DNA of 64,000 bases from an uncultured Bacteroidales bacterium (GTDB lineage: Bacteria > Bacteroidota > Bacteroidia > Bacteroidales > UBA7960): assembly GCA_964624065.1 (NCBI GenBank), contig CAZUWF010000001.1:35018-99017 (forward strand), read 5' to 3'. Within the stretch, counting starts at the first letter, position 1. Every line of letters starts with the position of its first letter. Under the pieces are notes generated by a model, which was given only the letters and a program-made list of their open reading frames with translations, was not told where the DNA came from and ran no database searches. Below, one piece after another: positions 20,636-31,294 of this stretch. The translations under genes and the position numbers were made by a program.

Positions 20636-20666
20636 AAAAAACCCCGTGACTTTCACGGGGTTTTTT
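20636..20666. terminator. bidirectional rho-independent terminator
   Basis: The sequence aaaaaaccccgtg-acttt-cacggggtttttt lies between the convergent OmpA and DUF4476 genes. Confidence 0.85.
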
Positions 20667-20686
20667 GTTTGGAGAAATCCCTTTTA

Positions 20687-21415
20687 TCAATTGGTAGATG
20701 CCAGGTACCTGTTTAGCTCCCTGGAGCTTGATCCAAAGTTGAATCCTTCGTGGACCATAAAATAATTCTCCGGATCAGCGGTTGACTTGAAGGCAAACTT
20801 TGCAATTTCGAGTTTGGACGATTCGAACGAGAACACGCTCATAAGGTGCCTTACTTGCATTGAAGTTACCCAGTTCCAAGTTAGGGCCTGTATGGCAATT
20901 TCAAGTTTATTGCTTTCAAAACTCGTGCTTTTTAGTGTGTTGAGCAATCGTGCAAACGATTGTTGAGTCATACCCATATTTTCGTTTGTGCCCCAGTTTC
21001 CGTTGTTCCATTCTCCTCCGCAGTTGTGGCTGTGGCTGACATTGTTCCCAGGGTGGTTGCTCATGGTGTATTCTTCCCTAACCACAAACCTTCCCCTGCG
21101 GTTTATCTCACCAACAATTACCGAGGCCCTTGGTATGGTGATGTAATCTGCAAATAGGACAAGTTGATTGGTTTGCCACCTGCCGCTACGGCCACGAGCC
21201 CTCTCGGTTTTGAATATTTCGACAAAGTGCCTGCCAGGAGCAAGGTTTTTAACCACCTGGAATGTTGATTGGTTGCGAACCATAAGGTCTCCGACTGTAA
21301 TGCTAAAAGCACTCCCATCATAAAGCGATACCCTTAGTTCGGATCGACTCCGATTGTTGGCCAACAAGGTTGCTGCCAAGCTTACCGTCAAAAAAGAAAG
21401 TAGAAGTTTTTTCAT
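20687..21415 (-). CDS. DUF4476 domain-containing secreted protein
   Basis: I chose the internal ATG giving the signal peptide MKKLLLSFLTVSLAATLLA. The C-terminus has a tandem F(E)S.KLEIA...motif (FESNKLEIAIQAL / FESSKLEIAKFAF) typical of DUF4476. Confidence 0.85.
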   Translation of the reverse strand: MKKLLLSFLTVSLAATLLANNRSRSELRVSLYDGSAFSITVGDLMVRNQSTFQVVKNLAPGRHFVEIFKTERARGRSGRWQTNQLVLFADYITIPRASVIVGEINRRGRFVVREEYTMSNHPGNNVSHSHNCGGEWNNGNWGTNENMGMTQQSFARLLNTLKSTSFESNKLEIAIQALTWNWVTSMQVRHLMSVFSFESSKLEIAKFAFKSTADPENYFMVHEGFNFGSSSRELNRYLASTN

Positions 21416-21457
21416 GGCATGATCCTCCATATTTTTGTTAAACACCTCACCCATTCG

Positions 21458-21478
21458 CATTCAATTATTGTGCCAAAG
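21458..21478 (-). promoter_or_regulatory. sigma-54-like -24/-12 element CTTTGGCACAATAATTGAATG upstream of the DUF4476 gene
   Basis: The minus strand reads TGGCAC-N5-TTGA, against the canonical TGGCAC-N5-TTGC. It sits 43 nt upstream of the ATG at 21415. It is near-identical to the element at 24208-24228. Confidence 0.4.
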
Positions 21479-22160
21479 AGTTTTTGTGCAGCTAAATCCT
21501 CCATTAATGCTGGTTTGGGGCTAAAAAACTTCTAAAAGCAAACAATTAATTGCAAATTATCGGGTCGCAAACTCGCATGTAGGTTTTATTTAAAGGTTGA
21601 CAAACAGCGATTGCCTGTGCCTGCGCTAACTTCTTAGTTTAAAACGAAAAAAGGGATAAAATACTGATGAACTTTGCATCTTCTTTAACGGTGCGCAAAA
21701 ATGGGGCACCTCGGTTCTACAGAATTATGGGTCAACCAATTTAATGGAATAAAATTGATGCCCTGATCCTTGAATTGCAGGCAAAATACAATCGGCAATA
21801 TCCCCTCCAACCCAGGTAAACTTGCCTGGCGAACCTACTATGGCGAGTATGGAAAATTTGGTTTGGTACTAACAAGTTACAAGGTTTTGGCCAAGACCCA
21901 CTCCCTCCAAGTTTGTAGAGCAAGAGGCCGCAATCCCAATCGAGAGGCTAGATGCCTTGCAGTTGCCAACTAAAGGTAAATAGGCCTTAAATAGTAGGCA
22001 GAGGGTTGACCCTGATCAAAAAAATCGAAAAAGAAGGAAAAGGAGCAAATGCGAATAGCCAAACCTCCAAATAATTGAAAAAAACCAATGTGAGATAGGC
22101 AGGATGCTTCCTTGCGATGTTCTTTAATTATGAATGATTATTCGACAATTGTATTCAAAC

Positions 22161-22189
22161 AAAAAAGCCGTTTCTGTAAAGAAACGGCT
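22161..22189 (-). terminator. rho-independent terminator of groEL
   Basis: The minus strand reads agccgtttct-ttac-agaaacggct followed by TTTTTT, a 10-bp perfect stem. It starts 24 nt after the groEL stop. Confidence 0.9.
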
Positions 22190-22212
22190 TTCAGGTAATT
22201 TGGGATTGACTT

Positions 22213-23862
<1,650 letters not shown>

Positions 23863-23875
23863 TTAGGGTTCGTGA

Positions 23876-24154
23876 TTAAATGATTGCGAAAATGTCTGAC
23901 TCTCGCATGATTAAGTACTGCGTTCCATCGTACGACAATTCGGTGCCTGCGTATTTTCCGTAAAGAACTTTATCGCCAACCTTTACGGTCATTGGATTGT
24001 CTTTTGTTCCGGAACCTACAGCAACCACGGTTCCTTTTTGTGGTTTTTCCTTAGCGGTATCGGGGATAATTATTCCTCCCGAGGTTTTTTCCTCGGCAGC
24101 TGCCGGCTCAACAAGTACTCGATCTGCCAAAGGTTTGATTTTAACGTCTGCCAT
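23876..24154 (-). CDS. groES: co-chaperonin GroES
   Basis: 92 aa. [12 protein letters not shown]...[22 protein letters not shown]. Confidence 0.98.
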   Translation of the reverse strand: MADVKIKPLADRVLVEPAAAEEKTSGGIIIPDTAKEKPQKGTVVAVGSGTKDNPMTVKVGDKVLYGKYAGTELSYDGTQYLIMRESDIFAII

Positions 24155-24207
24155 CTTTAATAGTTTTTATGTTAAACAAATTTGGATTAAAAAATTTCGA
24201 TAATGAC

Positions 24208-24228
24208 CATTCACAATTCGTGCCAAAG
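24208..24228 (-). promoter_or_regulatory. sigma-54-like -24/-12 element CTTTGGCACGAATTGTGAATG upstream of groES
   Basis: The minus strand reads TGGCACG-N4-GTGA and sits 54 nt upstream of the groES ATG. A sigma-A-like box CAAATTTG (24177-24184) lies between it and the ATG. I found no CIRCE inverted repeat. Confidence 0.4.
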
Positions 24229-24280
24229 TGTTAGTGGCTTAATTTGTACGACAAATATTCAAAAAAATGAGGGTTTGGAG

Positions 24281-24313
24281 AAAAAAAATGCCAGAATGTC
24301 AGGCATTCTGGCA
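24281..24313 (-). terminator. rho-independent terminator of secG, insulating groES/EL
   Basis: tgccagaatg-tcagg-cattctggca is a perfect 10-bp stem. It is flanked by an A8 run (24281-24288, a T-run on the minus strand) and by T9 on the plus strand. Confidence 0.9.
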
Positions 24314-24338
24314 ATGTTTTTTTTTGAGTCTACCCAGC

Positions 24339-24674
24339 TTAATTTTCTTCTGGGGCCTCTGGCTGTTCTTGTGGGGTGGCAATATCGGCCGGCATTTGAT
24401 CGGCCGGAATCAATTCCTTTACTCTAGAAGTATTAACGGTTTCCTGGTCAGGCCGCGGAATAACAAACGTTGCTGCCAAGGTTAGGGCAACCAACGCAAT
24501 GGCCAAGGTCCAAGTGGCCTTTTCGAGGAAATCTGCGGTTTTCTTGACTCCCATCATTTGGTTGCTCGACGAAAAGTTTGAAGCAAGTCCTCCTCCTTTG
24601 GAATTTTGAACCAATACAATTAGTATCAAGAACACGCAAGCAATCACGATCAATATTGAAAACAATAGGTACAT
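24339..24674 (-). CDS. secG: preprotein translocase subunit SecG
   Basis: 111 aa. LILIVLVQNSKGGGL is the SecG signature, and there are two TM helices. Confidence 0.92.
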   Translation of the reverse strand: MYLLFSILIVIACVFLILIVLVQNSKGGGLASNFSSSNQMMGVKKTADFLEKATWTLAIALVALTLAATFVIPRPDQETVNTSRVKELIPADQMPADIATPQEQPEAPEEN

Positions 24675-24684
24675 TTTGGTTTTT

Positions 24685-25338
24685 TTAGGGTTTAAGGTTA
24701 ATTTTCAAGTTTTCGATTATTTTTGCAAAGTAACTGCTTTTTTCTGGATTTTTTGCTGATAATTTTTCAAAAATGTCAATTGCATCTGCCATAAAACCTT
24801 GTTGGACATAAATTTGAGCAAGGGTTTCGGTAACAAGTGCGTTGGTTTGCCCAATGTTTCTTTCGGCCAAATTACCTGATGAAGTTTCCTTTCCGGGTGC
24901 GGAGATCCTCGGCTCATCAGCGATGAATCTTTCTATAAGATGGTGTTGGGTCATCTTTGTTTTTCCCACATCGTGCCCTTGGTTTTGGGGCAAGCTCTCT
25001 TTTGTGGAGGCACGGTCGTTAGCATCCCCGCTACCTTTGGTTTCTACCGGTTTGTCAGGGCAAAGGTTTAGGTTCCACGAAAGTGGTTTTGGCTTTAAAG
25101 GATTTGTCTTTCCTGAAATATATTCGTTGTAAATCCTTCTGTTCAAAGCAATTGCCAATGTACGCCTCGAAGCCCTTTCGAAATCGGGGTGGTTTTGTTC
25201 GAGCAGGTACCTTGTTCGCAGGTAGGCCAATGGCTGGCTGTAGGGATGCTTTTCCCAAAGCATAATGAGATCCTTGATCATCTCGGATTCTAGATTGAAG
25301 GGATTTTCCAATAGGTGTAATAATTTCTTGGGCTCCAT
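24685..25338 (-). CDS. hypothetical protein (conserved LptE-SecG neighbour; C-terminal TPR-like helices)
   Basis: 217 aa, tightly packed with 9-10 nt gaps on both sides. The C-terminus ETLAQIYVQQGFMADAIDIFEKLSAKNPEKSSYFAKIIENL looks like a single TPR-like unit. Confidence 0.65.
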   Translation of the reverse strand: MEPKKLLHLLENPFNLESEMIKDLIMLWEKHPYSQPLAYLRTRYLLEQNHPDFERASRRTLAIALNRRIYNEYISGKTNPLKPKPLSWNLNLCPDKPVETKGSGDANDRASTKESLPQNQGHDVGKTKMTQHHLIERFIADEPRISAPGKETSSGNLAERNIGQTNALVTETLAQIYVQQGFMADAIDIFEKLSAKNPEKSSYFAKIIENLKINLKP

Positions 25339-25347
25339 AGTTGATGT

Positions 25348-25863
25348 TTACCAATTTACAACTGCTTGGTTAAAAATGTCGTCAACTAGGGTGTTTACAA
25401 TGCCTCTAACAAGCTCGTCTTCAACCTCGGTAAGAGTCCTCTGGCTGTCAAAGTCTAAATGCCTCGAAAATGTTCTTTCAAAATTGCCTTCGGGTTGGAG
25501 TTCGTTTTCGAAAATTACCCTCACGGCTATAGTGAGCCTATTGAGAGCTGCCTGATCGTTTCCGGTAATGGCCACGGAGGTTACGGCATAATCTGTAATG
25601 CTTCCCTCAAAATGTAGGTGTCCTTGGCTTGGGACCAACCTTAGGTTGGTTTGCTTCATGAATTTATCCTGCAATGCATCGGTGAAAAACTGGGACAAAA
25701 AAGGGTTAACCAGCGGAGCATTGTTGGGAAAAGTAAGCACCGATATGGTTCTTGCTCCTGGAGGTATGCTGGCACCGGTAAACGAATATATGCCGCACGA
25801 CCCCAAAAGAATGGTCAGCCAAACCAACCCCACCAACTTGGTATTTAATAGCCTTGAAAACAT
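25348..25863 (-). CDS. lptE: LptE family lipoprotein (LPS assembly)
   Basis: 171 aa with the lipobox LLGSC. SFTGASIPPGARTISV..F.N.A is the Bacteroidota LptE pattern. Confidence 0.8.
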   Translation of the reverse strand: MFSRLLNTKLVGLVWLTILLGSCGIYSFTGASIPPGARTISVLTFPNNAPLVNPFLSQFFTDALQDKFMKQTNLRLVPSQGHLHFEGSITDYAVTSVAITGNDQAALNRLTIAVRVIFENELQPEGNFERTFSRHLDFDSQRTLTEVEDELVRGIVNTLVDDIFNQAVVNW

Positions 25864-25882
25864 TTTGAACTTTGAAGAGGCA

Positions 25883-25890
25883 CAAAATTA
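25883..25890 (-). promoter_or_regulatory. -7 box TAATTTTG for the lptE-secG unit
   Basis: The plus strand reads caaaatta. It lies 20-27 nt upstream of the ATG at 25863. Confidence 0.45.
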
Positions 25891-26072
25891 CGAATTTGAA
25901 GCCAGAAAATAGAAGGTTGAATTAAGAAATTAAAAATCAAACCACGAGAGACAAAGGTGGAAGGTTTTGGAAACCATAACAAGCAAATGGCGAAAGTTGT
26001 GTATATAGTTGGCCTGCAAATGTAAAATACGTGTTAAAGGTGGTGAATATGCAATTGTTGTTGTTTGTTTTT

Positions 26073-27326
26073 TTACTCCAAATCGTACTCCTTTATTTTT
26101 CGGTAAAGTGTCCTTTCAGAGATTCCCAATTCTTCGGCGGCTTTTCGGCGGCGACCGCGGTGTTTATTCAGGGCTCTATCTATTAGGTCTTTTTCCCTAT
26201 GGGCCAAGGAAAGGTTTTCGATCACTTCTTCGTGCTGGGCTTCCTCGAAGGCGTCAACTGTTGTTTGGAGTTCGGTGTCCGAAATTTTAATCCCCTCATC
26301 TGGCTGGTATACCCTTGGCAGTTTGGGATTGTCGTATAGGCTGTCAAGAAGGTGAGCGTGCTCCTCTTGCATCGAATCAGAAAGGTGTCCGCCGCTCTTT
26401 ACTATTTGCCCGATTATTTTTTTTAATTCTGCAATGTCTCTCTTCATGTCGAAAAGAACCTTGTAAAGGATTTCCCTTTCGTTGAGGCTGTTGGTATGGG
26501 AGCCCGAAAAACCGGATGCCACAATAGGCAACCTGCTGTCGGTTTCAGGAACCATGTATTTCAGAATGGTATCTACACTAAGCGAACGATTGCTTTCAAT
26601 GACCGAAATTTGTTCGGCCAAATTTTTCAGCTGCCTAATGTTACCCGACCAACGTTGCTTTACCAAAAATTCCTCGGCATCACCGGTAAGTTGCAATGGC
26701 GGCATACGGTATTTCTCGGCAAAGTCGGAAGCAAATTTTCTGAATAACAGCACCACGTCCTCCTTGCGTTGGCGCAGCGGAGGTACGGCAATGGGTACGG
26801 TGCTAAGACGATAGTACAAGTCCTCGCGAAACTTCCCGGCAGCGATTGCCTCGGTAAGGTTTACGTTGGTGGCAGCAACAATTCTTACATCGGTTTTTTG
26901 CACCTTAGACGATCCTACTTTTATAAACTCTCCTGATTCGAGCACCCTCAACAACCTCACTTGCGTGAGAAGGGGCAGCTCGGCAACTTCATCTAGAAAA
27001 ATTGTGCCACCACTTACCACTTCGAAATATCCCTTGCGGGCATCGTGTGCACCGGTAAAAGCCCCTTTTTCATGCCCGAAAAGCTCAGAGTCAATCGTTC
27101 CCTCAGGTATGGCGCCACAATTAACGGCAATGTACGGACCGTGCTTGCGGGCGCTTAGCTGGTGAATTATTTTCGGGAAAACCTCCTTGCCAGTACCACT
27201 TTCGCCCGTGATCAAAACCGAGATATCGGTTGGGGCAACTTGACGCGCCACATCAATGGCCCTGTCAAGCTTCGGCGAAAAGCCTATTATGCCGAAACGC
27301 TGTTTTATAGATTGTAGGTCAACCAT
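26073..27326 (-). CDS. sigma-54-dependent transcriptional activator (bEBP) lacking any N-terminal sensory/receiver domain
   Basis: The track start at 27338 is TTG; the ATG at 27326 gives MVDLQSIKQRFGIIGFSP.... Walker A (GESGTGKE) begins about 40 aa from the start. GAFTGA is present (HEKGAFTGAH). The C-terminus has a Fis-type HTH (AAEELGISERTLYRKIKEY). Confidence 0.93.
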   Translation of the reverse strand: MVDLQSIKQRFGIIGFSPKLDRAIDVARQVAPTDISVLITGESGTGKEVFPKIIHQLSARKHGPYIAVNCGAIPEGTIDSELFGHEKGAFTGAHDARKGYFEVVSGGTIFLDEVAELPLLTQVRLLRVLESGEFIKVGSSKVQKTDVRIVAATNVNLTEAIAAGKFREDLYYRLSTVPIAVPPLRQRKEDVVLLFRKFASDFAEKYRMPPLQLTGDAEEFLVKQRWSGNIRQLKNLAEQISVIESNRSLSVDTILKYMVPETDSRLPIVASGFSGSHTNSLNEREILYKVLFDMKRDIAELKKIIGQIVKSGGHLSDSMQEEHAHLLDSLYDNPKLPRVYQPDEGIKISDTELQTTVDAFEEAQHEEVIENLSLAHREKDLIDRALNKHRGRRRKAAEELGISERTLYRKIKEYDLE

Positions 27327-27353
27327 GATGCGTGACAATTAGTCAGTATTTTG

Positions 27354-27361
27354 CAAAGGTA
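27354..27361 (-). promoter_or_regulatory. -7 box TACCTTTG for the bEBP gene
   Basis: The plus strand reads caaaggta. It lies 28-35 nt upstream of the ATG at 27326. Confidence 0.5.
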
Positions 27362-27381
27362 TAACTTTTAGCATAAATAAT

Positions 27382-27389
27382 TACCTTTG
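27382..27389 (+). promoter_or_regulatory. -7 box TACCTTTG, candidate metG promoter (long leader)
   Basis: An exact TACCTTTG on the plus strand lies 220 nt upstream of the metG ATG. I saw no closer TAnnTTTG. Confidence 0.35.
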
Positions 27390-27608
27390 TACGCCTTTGT
27401 CTGATGGTTGGTCAACGGTCGAAAATTGAAATAGTGAATGAAATTCTGCGATTGTCAACCTTGCGCCCGAAGGTGGATCAATGGTATCAGAACGCCAATT
27501 CATTCGTAAGTATTTATTGGTCTTGGCAATTGACCCTGCATCACTTTAATCTCTCAGCAAATCAACACCTTAACACCTCAACAAATTTACTAAATATACC
27601 TATCTTCG

Positions 27609-29663
27609 ATGTCAGAAAAAAAATTTAAAAGATACACTGTTACTTCGGCCCTCCCTTATGCCAATGGTCCCATCCACATTGGCCACTTGGCGGGGGTATA
27701 CGTTCCGGCAGACATTTATGCAAGGTACCTGCGCTCTCGTGGCCAGGATGTGGTTTTCATTGGTGGTAGCGACGAGCATGGTGTGCCCATTACAATAAAA
27801 GCCCGACAGGAGGGAGTTACCCCTCAGCAAGTTGTTGACAAGTATCACGAAATCATCAAGAAATCGTTCGAAGAGTTTGGAATATCGTTCGATGTTTACA
27901 GCCGTACCTCTTCCCCGGTGCATCATGACACTTCTTCAAAGTTTTTCAAAACAATGTACGAAAAGGGTCTTTTTTTGGAAAAGGAAAGCGAGCAATACTA
28001 CGATGAAGGGAGCAAACAATTTCTTGCCGACAGGTACATAACTGGAACCTGCCCGCACTGCAACTACGAACGCGCCTACGGCGACCAGTGCGAAAACTGC
28101 GGAACCTCACTTAGCCCTACCGATCTAATAAATCCAAAATCGCTTTTGAGCGGCAACAAACCGGTAATGAAGCAAACCCGACATTGGTACCTTCCGCTAA
28201 ACGAATACGAACCATTGCTCCGGGAATGGATACTTGAAGGGCATAAAGGAGATTGGAAAGCCAACGTGTATGGCCAGTGCAAATCATGGATTGAACAAGG
28301 TTTGCAGCCTAGGGCGGTTACTAGGGATCTTGATTGGGGAGTTAAAGTGCCGTTGGAGGGAACCGATGGCAAGGTGCTTTATGTTTGGTTCGATGCACCA
28401 ATAGGCTACATTAGTGCAACCCGCCAGTGGGGCGAAGAAAAAAACATTGACTGGGAAAAGTACTGGAAAAGTTCCGACAGCAAACTAGTTCACTTCATCG
28501 GAAAGGACAATATTGTTTTCCATTGCATAATATTTCCGGTTATGTTGCATGCTGAGGGAAGTTACATTTTGCCCGACAATGTTCCGGCCAACGAATTCCT
28601 TAATCTTGAGGGCGACAAGATTTCCACCTCGCGCAATTGGGCCGTTTGGCTGCACGAGTACTTGATTGATTTTCCGGAGCAGCAGGATGTTTTGAGATAC
28701 GTTTTGACCGCCGCCGCGCCCGAAACCAAGGATAATGACTTTAACTGGAAGGATTTTCAGGCCAGGAACAATAACGAACTCGTTGCAATATTGGGCAACT
28801 TCGTAAACCGAACTTTGGTGCTTACGCACAAATATTTTGAGGGTAAGGTTCCTCCGCGCGGCAAGCTTAAAGATATTGATCTCGAAACCTTGGGCTCCTT
28901 GGCTTCGTTTCCACGCATTATTGCTGCAAGCCTTGAAAGTTACCGCTTCAGGGAAGCACTCGCAGAGCTTATTAATGTCGCCCGCCTCGGAAACAAGTAC
29001 CTAACCGATGCCGAGCCATGGAAGATCTTCAAGGACGATCCCAAGAGAGTTGCAACCACACTAAATGTTTGTCTCCAAATATGCGCCAGCATTTCGGTTT
29101 TGGCCGAACCATTCTTGCCCTTCACCGCCGAAAAGCTAAGGAGAATGCTCACCCTTGATAAGCTTTCGTGGAATCAGGGAGGCAAGGAAAACTTGATGGC
29201 AGAAGGTTCTGAAATAAAGCCTGCAGAGCTCCTATTCGAAAAAATTGAAGACGACAAAATAAACCACCAGGTTCAAAAACTGCTAGAAACCAAGCAGAAC
29301 AACTCCGCCGCAGCCATAGCTCAAAACCCCATGAAGGAGCCGATTTCCTTTGATGAATTTAACAACCTTGACCTTAGAATAGGTAAGATCATTAGTGTAG
29401 AAAAAGTGGCAAAAACCAAAAAGCTTCTCAAGCTTGAGGTTGACACCGGGCTCGACCGAAGAACCATCGTTTCGGGCATTGCCGAGCATTTTACCCCTGA
29501 GGAGCTTCCCGGCAAAAAGGTTGTGGTATTGATGAACCTCCAACCCAGGGAAATCAAGGGGGTAGTTTCACACGGAATGCTTTTGCTTGCCGAAAGGCCC
29601 AACGGGAAACTTGTTTTCATTTCTCCTGAACTTGATGCAGAGGTTGGATGTGGGGTGAATTAA
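27609..29663 (+). CDS. metG: methionine--tRNA ligase with C-terminal tRNA-binding (Trbp111-like) domain
   Basis: 684 aa. Motifs: [16 protein letters not shown] (HIGH), a zinc knuckle ([18 protein letters not shown]), KISTSRN (KMSKS-like), and a C-terminal DLRIGKI...VVSHGML. Confidence 0.97.
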   Translation: MSEKKFKRYTVTSALPYANGPIHIGHLAGVYVPADIYARYLRSRGQDVVFIGGSDEHGVPITIKARQEGVTPQQVVDKYHEIIKKSFEEFGISFDVYSRTSSPVHHDTSSKFFKTMYEKGLFLEKESEQYYDEGSKQFLADRYITGTCPHCNYERAYGDQCENCGTSLSPTDLINPKSLLSGNKPVMKQTRHWYLPLNEYEPLLREWILEGHKGDWKANVYGQCKSWIEQGLQPRAVTRDLDWGVKVPLEGTDGKVLYVWFDAPIGYISATRQWGEEKNIDWEKYWKSSDSKLVHFIGKDNIVFHCIIFPVMLHAEGSYILPDNVPANEFLNLEGDKISTSRNWAVWLHEYLIDFPEQQDVLRYVLTAAAPETKDNDFNWKDFQARNNNELVAILGNFVNRTLVLTHKYFEGKVPPRGKLKDIDLETLGSLASFPRIIAASLESYRFREALAELINVARLGNKYLTDAEPWKIFKDDPKRVATTLNVCLQICASISVLAEPFLPFTAEKLRRMLTLDKLSWNQGGKENLMAEGSEIKPAELLFEKIEDDKINHQVQKLLETKQNNSAAAIAQNPMKEPISFDEFNNLDLRIGKIISVEKVAKTKKLLKLEVDTGLDRRTIVSGIAEHFTPEELPGKKVVVLMNLQPREIKGVVSHGMLLLAERPNGKLVFISPELDAEVGCGVN

Positions 29664-29676
29664 AAACGATATAAAA

Positions 29677-31284
29677 GTGTATAGAATTAGCTCACACGTA
29701 AAATCCGAGAGCCCAGAATTCGCAGAAAACTTCCGTCATAATGCAGCAGTTTTGGATGACTACCGCCGCATAATGCGAAGAACAATGCAGGGTGGGCCGG
29801 AGGGTGCAATTGCCAAACACAGGTCGCGCAACAAGTTGCTTGCACGCGAACGCATTGACTTGCTTATAGACCCATGTACACCATTCTTGGAGCTGTCTCC
29901 GTTGGCCGCATACGGACAGTATCATGATAGTTTTCCGTCCGCTGGGATCATTACCGGCATAGGTGTTATCCATGGTCATGAAACGGTGATAGTGGCCAAC
30001 GATGCCACCGTAAAGGGCGGCACTTATGTGAAGGAAACCATCCGAAAGCACGTTAGGGCACAGGAAATAGCCATGCAAAACAAGCTGCCGTGCGTTTATA
30101 TGGTGGACTCTGGTGGTGTTTTCTTGCCAAACCAGGCAGAGGTTTTTCCTGACAAGGAGGATTTTGGACGCATTTTTTTCAACCAAGCCCGCCTTTCGGC
30201 ACTTGGCTGCCCGCAGATATCAATAGTAATGGGTTCGTCAACTGCTGGTGGTGCATACATCCCGGCCATGAGTGACGAATGCATAATTGTAAAAAACCAA
30301 GGCACCATTTTCATTGGTGGACCGCCATTGGTAAAAGCGGCCACGGGCGAAATTGTTACGCCCGAAGAACTTGGTGGTGCCGAGGTGCATACTACAAAAT
30401 CGGGTGTCGCCGACCATTTTGCCGATAACGACCAACATGCCATCAGTTTGTGCAGGAGCATTTTCTCAACGCTGCAGCCCTCCAAGAAACAAAAGCTTGA
30501 AATGTGGGAGCCGGAAGAGCCAATGTACGACCCGGGTGAGCTTTTGGGAATAATTGAATGTAACCCCAAAAGGCAAACCAATCCATACGAATTAATTGCC
30601 CGCATTGTTGATGGCAGCAGCTTTCACGAGTTCAAGGCGAGGTATGCCACAACACTTGTAACAGGATTTGCCCACATTTTGGGTTACCCGGTTGGCATTC
30701 TGGCCAACAATGGGGTCTTGTTTGCCGAATCTTCGCTCAAAGGGGCACATTTCATCCAGCTATGCAACTTTCGTCGTATCCCCATACTTTTCTTGCAGGA
30801 CATTACAGGCTTTATGGTGGGAAAACATTACGAAACTTCAGGTCTTGCCCGGGATGGTTCAAAGCTGGTGCACGCAGTTGCCAATGCTTCGGTACCCAAA
30901 ATAACAGTCATAACAGGTGGCTCTTACGGAGCAGGCAATTATGCAATGGCCGGGCGTGCTTTCGACCCCCACTTCTTGTTTGTGTGGCCGGGGTCGCGCA
31001 TATCGGTTATGGGTGGACAACAAGCCGCAAAAGTGCTCTCGCAAGTAAAAATTGACCAATTGGCTGCACAAGGCAAATCGCCCAATATGGATGAGATTGA
31101 AAATATGAAAGCCGAAATACTTGGCAAATACGAAAGGGAGGGATCGCCTTACTATAGTACCTCGCGTCTGTGGGACGATGGAATTATTGAGCCGACACAA
31201 ACCCGCTTAATGGTTGCGATGGCTATAGCCACAACGCTCAACAACCCTTATGGTGAGCCACGAAGCGGTATTTACCGAATGTAA
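29677..31284 (+). CDS. methylcrotonoyl-CoA carboxylase carboxyltransferase (beta) subunit
   Basis: 535 aa with a GTG start 13 nt after the metG stop. NKLLARERIDLLIDPCTPFLELS resembles the human MCCC2 N-region. Also ANDATVKGGTY, MVDSGG and GGSYGAGNYAM. Confidence 0.88.
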   Translation: MYRISSHVKSESPEFAENFRHNAAVLDDYRRIMRRTMQGGPEGAIAKHRSRNKLLARERIDLLIDPCTPFLELSPLAAYGQYHDSFPSAGIITGIGVIHGHETVIVANDATVKGGTYVKETIRKHVRAQEIAMQNKLPCVYMVDSGGVFLPNQAEVFPDKEDFGRIFFNQARLSALGCPQISIVMGSSTAGGAYIPAMSDECIIVKNQGTIFIGGPPLVKAATGEIVTPEELGGAEVHTTKSGVADHFADNDQHAISLCRSIFSTLQPSKKQKLEMWEPEEPMYDPGELLGIIECNPKRQTNPYELIARIVDGSSFHEFKARYATTLVTGFAHILGYPVGILANNGVLFAESSLKGAHFIQLCNFRRIPILFLQDITGFMVGKHYETSGLARDGSKLVHAVANASVPKITVITGGSYGAGNYAMAGRAFDPHFLFVWPGSRISVMGGQQAAKVLSQVKIDQLAAQGKSPNMDEIENMKAEILGKYEREGSPYYSTSRLWDDGIIEPTQTRLMVAMAIATTLNNPYGEPRSGIYRM

Positions 31285-31294
31285 AGATCCAATC

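Noticed and set aside
21729-22013. A 9-bp inverted repeat, GGGTCAACC (21729-21737) and GGTTGACCC (22005-22013), could be the closing helix of a roughly 285-nt RNA or the TIRs of a MITE.
   Set aside because: About one 9-bp inverted repeat is expected by chance within a 700-nt region. There are no target-site duplications or other copies in the window, and I could trace no supporting internal helices.
24155-24280. I looked for a CIRCE/HrcA operator (TTAGCACTC-N9-GAGTGCTAA) upstream of groES.
   Set aside because: It is not present. The only features are a 6-3-6 palindrome ATTTGT-acg-ACAAAT (24242-24256), the sigma-54-like element and a sigma-A-like box.
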